Source of the DNA: a virus
Lineage: Duplodnaviria; Caudoviricetes
IMG/VR virus record: IMGVR_UViG_3300036824_000115
Location: 1-37,891 of that record
Strand: one strand, 5' to 3'
DNA: 37,891 bases
The translations under genes and the position numbers were made by a program. Below are positions 9,320 through 15,762 of the stretch, in pieces. The notes beneath the pieces were generated by a model. That model was not told where the DNA came from. It did no database searches and saw nothing but the letters and a program-made list of their open reading frames with translations. How positions within the stretch are numbered: position 1 is the stretch's first letter; every line of letters starts with the position of its first letter.

Positions 9320-9410
9320 AAAAAAGGGCGGCCAGCCTACGAACATTATCTTCACCTCCGAGGGTAGAAGCTCGGCGTGGCCGCCAAAGACTACACACAG
9401 CACTTACTTG

Positions 9411-9545
9411 GTTGTGACACCAGGGCGCGACTCCTGCTTATTTCCTGCCGCTCAGTTTTGGTATTGGCCGCCAGTTGCTGCGGCACAGCCGATTTACAGG
9501 TCTTTGCGTCGGCCGGCGCTGCAGTGCACTTGCACACATCACAAC
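9411..9545 (-). ncRNA. tRNA-like cloverleaf RNA
   Basis: Closing stem GTTGTGATG/TGTCACAAC, D-like arm TGCA-7-TGCA, T-like arm CAGG-8-CCTG, two inner stems. Confidence 0.5.
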
Positions 9546-9618
9546 TGAAACGGCTTTATCTCCGGTTCTCTCGCCACGCTGTAAAACAGACCGCGTCCCC
9601 TAAAAGCCGTTTCAGTTG
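9542..9618 (-). ncRNA. Long-stem hairpin H2, probable RNase III site
   Basis: Perfect 16-bp stem CAACTGAAACGGCTTT/AAAGCCGTTTCAGTTG, 45-nt loop. Confidence 0.6.
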
Positions 9619-10127
9619 AGTGCTCCGTAACGTGGAGCGGACGGGCGATATTTAAGCCTCACGGGGCATTCTTTAACCGGGATTACGCCGTCAACCGGTT
9701 TCACTGCCGTGACAGGGAGGGTTACTTGCCGTTCGCCTTCTCCAAAACACACCGGCTGACGCCGGGCGGCCCGTTTCGAATCAAATTCTGTGCTGACCTT
9801 CCAGCCAGCATGGCGGGGATTGCAAGCGAACCGCTGAACTTACCCACTCGGCGGCAATCGCCATTTCGGATGCCGCCGCATAACCCCGAATGGCACTCTT
9901 CATTTTAAGGCTGACTGATGCGTTAACCGGGCGCCAACCGGAACTACGTGATGCTTTACGCCACCTTTCCCTCACTCCGTCGCCGGGGGAACTTGCCGTT
10001 TATCTGTCACATAATTCAGCCCTCCATCCGTTCGCCTGTTCTCGTTGTGGGGCAGGCTCCCCATGCTTATGTACCCATTGAAACCGTCATAGCCGAAGCT
10101 GATAGCAACAGGGGTTAAAAGACACTT

Positions 10128-10209
10128 CACATTGGGCTGCTCACTCATGAGTTAGGATCCTCCACCGCTCCCAGACTTAAGGGAAAGGGCGAGTGAGCAT
10201 TCCAATGTG
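10128..10209 (-). ncRNA. Long-stem hairpin H3, probable RNase III site
   Basis: 17/19-bp stem 10128-10146/10191-10209, 44-nt loop. Confidence 0.6.
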
Positions 10210-10215
10210 CGCCGG

Positions 10216-10317
10216 TCATCCGGCGACTGCCACCGCAATCAAAAAACCAACAGCCAACCAGAACGGGATACAAGCCACAACGCTATATACCACTGCCTTC
10301 CAACCCTTTGCGCTCAT
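10216..10317 (-). CDS. 33-aa single-TM peptide (not in the ORF track)
   Basis: GGAGG RBS then MSAKGWKAVVYSVVACIPFWLAVGFLIAVAVAG*. Confidence 0.65.
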   Translation of the reverse strand: MSAKGWKAVVYSVVACIPFWLAVGFLIAVAVAG

Positions 10318-10343
10318 AATTGCCTCCGGTGTGACGCCTGTCT

Positions 10344-10372
10344 TTTCACCACTTCAGGCTCGGTGGTATCTT
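10344..10372 (+). promoter_or_regulatory. Rightward sigma70 promoter antisense to the pL operon
   Basis: TTCACC...TG-G-TATCTT (extended -10), followed by AAGGG RBS and ATG 10408. Confidence 0.55.
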
Positions 10373-10407
10373 GGTGGTTCTCACACAACCAAGAAGGGAA
10401 TTTCTGT

Positions 10408-10623
10408 ATGTCATTCAGCGATATTGTTGAAAGTCACACTATTGATTTGGGCACATTGCTAGCACAACTTAAGGACTTACCGCTCGACACTCGCGTTTAC
10501 TTCGGCGGACTAGATTTTTATCGAGTTAAGCAACAAGGCCCAAACCTGATACAAATCGAATTTAATCAGTCGGTATATCGCACTGATAAAGATCTCTTGG
10601 TGGTCGAAGACCATTCACGATAG
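10408..10623 (+). CDS. 71-aa antisense moron protein
   Basis: MSFSDIVESHTIDLGTLL...; own promoter and RBS; in frame with track ORF 10207..10623. Confidence 0.6.
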   Translation: MSFSDIVESHTIDLGTLLAQLKDLPLDTRVYFGGLDFYRVKQQGPNLIQIEFNQSVYRTDKDLLVVEDHSR

Positions 10624-11053
10624 CTGTTGCGTAAATTGCAGCCTTGCCTATCGAAACTGGCGCATAATTTTCTGTTTTTGCGCCATTTTTTATGCGTATA
10701 AAGTGAACCTTGTCGCTGAAAACCGCTACAGACCACTCTGAAACCAGCTTGCTGTCGTCATAACTGGTAATTTCAGCTTCAATCCGATCTTTCTGGATAT
10801 CTATACCCATAGAGAAGCTATGGCCGGGGAAAAGGTTAACCTTTTCGCAGTCCGCAATTCTGCTCGCAGCCATTTCTCGGAAGGCTGCATCCAACTGGCT
10901 TTGCAGGTCTGCCAAACCTTCGCAATGTAAAGCTACAGCGTCGTTCCCAGTTTTATCAGCAGATTGGATGTAGCATCGCGCCAAGTTCGCTTTTGCTTCG
11001 ATCAGCGCCCAAAACTGGATAGATGCTGCGTTGTTAACTGATTTATCCATCAC
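10562..11053 (-). CDS. Hypothetical protein, first gene of the pL operon
   Basis: 163-aa ORF ~45 nt downstream of pL; 3' end overlaps the moron. Confidence 0.6.
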   Translation of the reverse strand: MMDKSVNNAASIQFWALIEAKANLARCYIQSADKTGNDAVALHCEGLADLQSQLDAAFREMAASRIADCEKVNLFPGHSFSMGIDIQKDRIEAEITSYDDSKLVSEWSVAVFSDKVHFIRIKNGAKTENYAPVSIGKAAIYATAIVNGLRPPRDLYQCDIPTD

Positions 11054-11099
11054 CTAAACCCCTTACTGAGTATCTGGCTGTGTGCTGTTGTTGAAATCA

Positions 11100-11141
11100 A
11101 TAATGCTACCTAAAGTAGAATAAATCAACTACTAAAAGTAG
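11100..11141 (-). promoter_or_regulatory. pL promoter with operators OL1/OL2
   Basis: Minus strand TTGATT-17-CATTAT; CTAC-N5-GTAG at 11106-11118 and 11129-11141. Confidence 0.8.
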
Positions 11142-11193
11142 AAAATAGAGAGGGTTTTTGATGATGAATGGGTATGTCTATGATTTTAGGCAC

Positions 11194-11219
11194 AAAAAAA
11201 ACCGGACGATGCCGGTTTT
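11194..11219 (-). terminator. cI terminator
   Basis: A8-CCGG-acgatg-CCGG-TTTT just after the cI stop. Confidence 0.7.
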
Positions 11220-11234
11220 AATGAGGATGCTTAT

Positions 11235-11918
11235 CTAAGCGAAATCGTTAAATTTTAGAGGCAAGTGTTTGATTAATTTCCCAAATATATATAACTCATT
11301 CATTTCATTGGATTCTATATAAAAGGGCGGGTACTTGTCGTTGTCAGAAAGGACAGCCAGCTTGCGGCCCTTAACCTTTTGCAAACGCTTGACGAAGGTA
11401 GAATCTTCAAAGTTGAACACGTAAACACCGTCACCGTTGAAATGGTCGATTTTTGTGTCAATGAACAACAGATCTTTAGGGCAGAGAGTAGGCATCATGC
11501 TATCCCCATCAACGTTTATCAGCTGCACACCTTCAAGCGATTTCCTGCCAAATAATTCGTAAACTTTTGACTCTGGGAACTCAATGGAGCTAACGATTGC
11601 TGGAAATTCATTGTTTATATAACCATGTCCTGCTGATGCAAAAACCTCTAATTGGGTCAGTCTCACCTGGCTCCCCGATGGTTGTTTTGGTAGCTGTGCT
11701 ACAGAGCCATACTCTAAATACGAAGCTGTCGTATCAAGAGTTTTGGCTAATTTTTCTAAAGTTGCAGTGCGTGGCTTAGCCGTGCCGAGTGTATACCGGC
11801 GCGCCATTTCGTAAGTAACACCTGCTTTTTTGGCAAGCTCAGTCACGCCGATGTCTTTTCCTTTCATCAAGGAAGACAAGCGTTCTGAGAAGCCTTTGTA
11901 TTTATGATTTTCTACCAT
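11235..11918 (-). CDS. cI: CI-like repressor (XRE HTH plus S24 autopeptidase)
   Basis: N-terminal HTH; ASAG cleavage site, GDSM and FVKRL catalytic motifs; start probably ATG 11918 (alternative 11954). Confidence 0.93.
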   Translation of the reverse strand: MVENHKYKGFSERLSSLMKGKDIGVTELAKKAGVTYEMARRYTLGTAKPRTATLEKLAKTLDTTASYLEYGSVAQLPKQPSGSQVRLTQLEVFASAGHGYINNEFPAIVSSIEFPESKVYELFGRKSLEGVQLINVDGDSMMPTLCPKDLLFIDTKIDHFNGDGVYVFNFEDSTFVKRLQKVKGRKLAVLSDNDKYPPFYIESNEMNELYIFGKLIKHLPLKFNDFA

Positions 11919-11998
11919 AGGTAGAAGATTACAGCCCAACCAAACAGTAGTCATTTCTATTTTGAGTAGTTGATTTATTCTACTTTAAGTAGCATTAT
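11912..11998 (+). promoter_or_regulatory. pR promoter with operators OR1-OR3
   Basis: TTGATT(11970)-17-CATTAT(11993); CTAC-N5-GTAG at 11980 and 11912, CTAT variant at 11957. Confidence 0.8.
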
Positions 11999-12026
11999 TC
12001 CTGTGAGCAACTCACAGGAGTCCTAA

Positions 12027-12284
12027 ATGACAACCCCCAACATCACCGAGCAAGCAGTCAAGGCTGCTGGACCTTCTCTTTCTGAGGTCGCTCGTCAATT
12101 CGGCTTTAAGTCACCACAGTCCGTGGCGAACTGGATTATCAATCAACAAGTTCCCTCCGAGCGAGTTATTCACCTCTGCGCTCTGGGTAATTGGCGCATC
12201 ACCCCACACCAGTTGAGGCCGGATATCTATCCAAACCTGAATGATGGTTTGCCATCTAAAAAGAATAGTGAAACGACTGAGTGA
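12027..12284 (+). CDS. cro: Cro-like regulator (YdaS family)
   Basis: Divergent from cI; HTH SEVARQFG..SPQSVANW; LRPDIY motif. Confidence 0.85.
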   Translation: MTTPNITEQAVKAAGPSLSEVARQFGFKSPQSVANWIINQQVPSERVIHLCALGNWRITPHQLRPDIYPNLNDGLPSKKNSETTE

Positions 12285-12309
12285 TTGTAACTACCAAAGG
12301 AAAACCAAC

Positions 12310-12783
12310 ATGGTAGAGCCAAATTTGAAAGAAGTAGTGAAGGGGATGTGCAAGGCAGTTGCTGGTGGCCGATCGGCCATGGCTGGCGCGCTGGGTATGT
12401 CCGAAACGGCGTTTAACAACAACCTTTACGAGAAGAACGGCTGTCGTTTCTTCGAGATCGGGGAACTGGAGGCAATGGAGGACATTTCGGACACGAACCT
12501 TCTGACCGAGTATTTTGCCCGGCGCCGCGGTTTGCTGGTGGTAGAAATCCCCGCGTTGGAAGAACTGGATCAGGTAGAGCTGTTTAGCAAAAGCATCCGC
12601 ACCGCGGCGCACCGTGGTCATGTGGATCAGATCATTCAGGAGTCGCTGGCCGATGGAGTTATTGATGATAAAGAGGCCGCCGAGATCATGCGTTATCACC
12701 GCAAGCATTTGCAGGCGAGAGACGCTGAGGTTAGGGCGGTTCTGGCGCTATTTGGCAAGAAGGTCAAATGCCAGAAAGGTTGA
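12310..12783 (+). CDS. YmfL-family CII-position regulator
   Basis: GGRSAMAGALGMS...FNNNLYEKNGCRFF; DGVID..E. Confidence 0.85.
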   Translation: MVEPNLKEVVKGMCKAVAGGRSAMAGALGMSETAFNNNLYEKNGCRFFEIGELEAMEDISDTNLLTEYFARRRGLLVVEIPALEELDQVELFSKSIRTAAHRGHVDQIIQESLADGVIDDKEAAEIMRYHRKHLQARDAEVRAVLALFGKKVKCQKG

Positions 12784-12845
12784 CGCCCAAAGTTGCAGCT
12801 CTGGGCGTCGGGGTGCGAATAAATCGTGTGTGGAGAAATAATCGC

Positions 12846-13034
12846 ATGAGCAATTTAACCAGAAATTCAGTGGTGCCGCAAATCCGCTGCCGTGCAATGA
12901 CTGGCGGTAAATCTGCGTCGCCGTTCCGGTATGAAGTAAATGTAATGGGTCGTTGGATTGCCAGCAACTACCAGTTTGCGTGTTGGGTGGTAGATAGCGG
13001 TCACTGGCTTGCCCGGAATCAGGAGGGTGTATGA
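12846..13034 (+). CDS. Phage hypothetical protein
   Basis: GGAG RBS; ATGA overlap with the next gene. Confidence 0.55.
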   Translation: MSNLTRNSVVPQIRCRAMTGGKSASPFRYEVNVMGRWIASNYQFACWVVDSGHWLARNQEGV

Positions 13035-13708
13035 ACCAGTTAACCAACTCCGTATCGCCAACGATGAGCAGCCGAGAGATAGCCGCTTTGGTTCAGAGTA
13101 ATCATTCGGATGTGAAACGCTCAGCAGAACGCCTCCATGCCGCTCATCTTTTAACCCAGCCGTTGGCTGAGTTCGAATTTCAGCATAATGGCAACACCTA
13201 CACCGAGTACCGTTTCAACAAACGTGACTCTTTGGTTTTGGTTGCCCGTCTTTCCCCTCAATTCACTGCTGCGGTGGTCGATCGCTGGCAGGAGCTGGAA
13301 GAAGGGCGCACCCCGTTGGTACCTCAATCACTGCCTGAAGCATTACGCCTGGCTGCCGACATGGCAGAACAGAAAGCCGCCTTGGAACAGAAGGTGCAGG
13401 CCGATGCCCCGAAAGTGGCCTTTGTCGATCACTACGTTGACGCCAGCGGCGCCAAGAGCCTGCGTGAGACAGCCAAAATCCTGAACATGCCAGAGAAGGC
13501 GATGATTGACGCGCTGATCCGCGATCGGGTGTTGTTCCGCCAGTCCAATAACCTCCTTCCGCATTCGCAACGCCAGCGTGAGGGCTTGCTTACTGTGAAA
13601 ACGGGCACTTCAGACCGTTCAGGCCACGCCTACACGCAAACACGCGTGACGCCCCGCGGCATCCAGTGGATCGCTGAGCGCTACGCCTCTGAGCTGATGG
13701 TGGGCTGA
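13031..13708 (+). CDS. Antirepressor (Rha-like N-terminus plus KilAC/ANT domain)
   Basis: TMSSREIA, VVDRWQELE, PQSLPEALRLAAD, APKV.F.D, VTPRGIQW. Confidence 0.88.
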   Translation: MNQLTNSVSPTMSSREIAALVQSNHSDVKRSAERLHAAHLLTQPLAEFEFQHNGNTYTEYRFNKRDSLVLVARLSPQFTAAVVDRWQELEEGRTPLVPQSLPEALRLAADMAEQKAALEQKVQADAPKVAFVDHYVDASGAKSLRETAKILNMPEKAMIDALIRDRVLFRQSNNLLPHSQRQREGLLTVKTGTSDRSGHAYTQTRVTPRGIQWIAERYASELMVG

Positions 13709-13709
13709 T

Positions 13710-13889
13710 ATGGCGAACTTACTTATTCAGGCCGGCAGCCACTACCGCGACCGCAATCACGCAGTGGTGCTGGTACACAGTACAGATCCGGAGCGTGAGA
13801 CGGTTACATACAGCCCGGTAGGGCAAGAATGGGCAATCACCACAGCGATGATTATTTTCCGGTCACGATTTATCAGGTTTGACTTATGA
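13710..13889 (+). CDS. DUF4222-like small protein (59 aa, not in the ORF track)
   Basis: MANLLIQAGSHYRDRNHAVV...VTY...F.SRF; fills the gap and overlaps the rep start. Confidence 0.65.
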   Translation: MANLLIQAGSHYRDRNHAVVLVHSTDPERETVTYSPVGQEWAITTAMIIFRSRFIRFDL

Positions 13890-14911
13890 GCACAAAATTA
13901 TCCTCGTACGTGTGGGACGGCTGCGCGGCTGCGGGCATGAAATTGTCCATGGTTGCCATCATGGCGCGTCTTGCTGACTTTTCCTCTGATGAGGGGCTTT
14001 GCTGGCCGTCTGTCGGAACTATTGCCCGCCAGATCGGTGCCGGTGAAAGCACGGTTCGTACTGCGCTGGCCAAGCTGGAAAAGGATGGATGGATCACCCG
14101 CCAGCAACGCAGGAAAGGCAACCGCAATGCTTCCAACATGTACCAGTTGAATGTGGCGCAGCTTCGTGCCGCTGCTAATTATCACCCTCCAGAATCTGAC
14201 ACCTCAAAATCTGATGCGTCAAAAACTGACACCTCAAAATCCGACGGGTCAGAATCTGGCAAAACAGGGACTTTTGACCCGTCAGAATCTGGTGGGGATC
14301 CGTCAGTAAATTCAAAACATGATCCATCAGATAATAAAACCCTTTGTCAGCCTGCTGCGCAGACCGACGCTGAGGTTGAAATTACTGATCAGGCTAAACA
14401 GGTTCTTAAACACCTGAATCAGGTCACTGGCTCCCGTTACCAACCCGCCAAGGGAACGCTGGAGAATATCCGGGCCCGTCTGCGTGAACAGCATAGCGTG
14501 GCAGAGCTTTGCCTGGTGGCTGATTACAAGCAGGTTCACTGGGGAGCTACGGCCGCCATGGCAGAATTTTTGCGTCCGGCAACGTTGTACCAGCCAAGCA
14601 AATTCGAAGGTTACCTGCTGAGCGCCAGCAAGTGGGATAAATCCGGCCGGCCGGAGTGCGTTAATGGTAAGTGGCTCAAACCAGGGGAATCGGCAGATAC
14701 CGGTGATCATACCGAACGCGATGCAGCATACCTGCGCTTCCTTGGCAGAAAACTACAGCTGAAAAGCCCGAGTGCGCTCGAGGAATTGGCCCGTGGTGAA
14801 GCGAGCAAAGCCGGAGTCCGTGCAATTCGTAATGCTGATTACTGCCTTTCGACGTGGAACCGGATCTGGGCTGATTGTGCTCAGCGCCTGAATGGAGGGA
14901 AAGCAGCATGA
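13886..14911 (+). CDS. Phage replication initiator (N-terminal HTH, conserved phage C-terminal domain)
   Basis: LADFSSDEG.CWPS..TIARQ; LRPATLY.PSKFEGYL; internal iterons. Confidence 0.88.
   Translation: MSTKLSSYVWDGCAAAGMKLSMVAIMARLADFSSDEGLCWPSVGTIARQIGAGESTVRTALAKLEKDGWITRQQRRKGNRNASNMYQLNVAQLRAAANYHPPESDTSKSDASKTDTSKSDGSESGKTGTFDPSESGGDPSVNSKHDPSDNKTLCQPAAQTDAEVEITDQAKQVLKHLNQVTGSRYQPAKGTLENIRARLREQHSVAELCLVADYKQVHWGATAAMAEFLRPATLYQPSKFEGYLLSASKWDKSGRPECVNGKWLKPGESADTGDHTERDAAYLRFLGRKLQLKSPSALEELARGEASKAGVRAIRNADYCLSTWNRIWADCAQRLNGGKAA
14189..14293 (+). repeat. Replication-origin iterons inside rep
   Basis: Five 15-bp tandem units (ccagaatctgacacc/tcaaaatctgatgcg/tcaaaaactgacacc/tcaaaatccgacggg/tcagaatctggcaaa) plus one at 14282, then an A-rich tract. 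Confidence 0.75.
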
Positions 14912-15762
14912 ATTCCTATTGTGAAAACCTCGCAACTTTACGTGAACAACCATCCCATCAGTTGAAAGAGGTTGGCGATCAGTGGTGTACCCCTGATCCG
15001 CTGTTCTGGGGTATCAATGCAATGTTCGGCCCGCTGGTGCTGGATCTGTTCACCGACGGTGATAACAGTAAGTGCCCGGCATTCTACACGGCAGAAGATA
15101 ATGCACTCACACAGGACTGGGCGGCCCGGCTGGTGGAACTACACGGCGCTGCTTTCGGAAATCCTCCATACTCACGCGCTCAGCAGCATGAGGGGCAATA
15201 CGTCACCGGTATGCTGCACATCATGGCGCATACGATGGCTATGCGTGAACTGGGCGGCCGGTACGTTTTCCTGATTAAGGCCGCAACATCGGAAACCTGG
15301 TGGCCTGAGCAAGCTGACCATGTTGCTTTCATCCGCGGACGTGTTGGATTCGATGTGCCGAAATGGTTTGTTCCGGCAGATGAAAAGCAGGTGCCCGCCG
15401 GAGCATTCTTTGCTGGCGCAGTCGTTGTATTCGATAAAACGTGGAATGGCCCGGCCACCAGCTATATCAGCCGTGGCCAGTTAGAAGCCCAGGGGTCTGC
15501 ATTTCTTGATCAGATCCGCCGCGAAGCAGCTCGTCTCGCTAAATCAGTGGTACCCGCGCCAGTGGAAGAAATCACCAATACCGTCTGGCCGAAAGAGGTC
15601 ATTTTCCTGCTGCAGCAAGTTGAAGGCACTGACCTATTGGCTGATCACCTGCGCCAGAAGTTATGCCAGCACATCAACCGCCTGAAGCTGGAAGGCATGC
15701 AGGAACCCGAAATCGTTAACACCATTACTGCCTTATCAACCGCCATGGGAGCAACAGCATGA
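14908..15762 (+). CDS. Phage N6-adenine DNA methyltransferase
   Basis: DQW.TP, LDLF, NPPYS, FIRGR.GF motifs. Confidence 0.88.
   Translation: MNSYCENLATLREQPSHQLKEVGDQWCTPDPLFWGINAMFGPLVLDLFTDGDNSKCPAFYTAEDNALTQDWAARLVELHGAAFGNPPYSRAQQHEGQYVTGMLHIMAHTMAMRELGGRYVFLIKAATSETWWPEQADHVAFIRGRVGFDVPKWFVPADEKQVPAGAFFAGAVVVFDKTWNGPATSYISRGQLEAQGSAFLDQIRREAARLAKSVVPAPVEEITNTVWPKEVIFLLQQVEGTDLLADHLRQKLCQHINRLKLEGMQEPEIVNTITALSTAMGATA

Noticed and set aside
9660-10000. Twister, HDV-like or hammerhead ribozyme call for the duplicated motif
   Set aside because: CCGGT...CCCGG resembles twister P4 only superficially; I could not place the required pseudoknots or catalytic residues, and there is no CUGAUGA/GAAA core
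9377-10081. 60-80-aa ORFs in the non-coding cassette
   Set aside because: Mostly GTG/TTG starts or no RBS, on both strands, overlapping strong RNA stems
11040-12310. N gene and nut (boxA/boxB) sites
   Set aside because: No Arg-rich N-like ORF and no GCTCTTTA boxA seen near pL or pR
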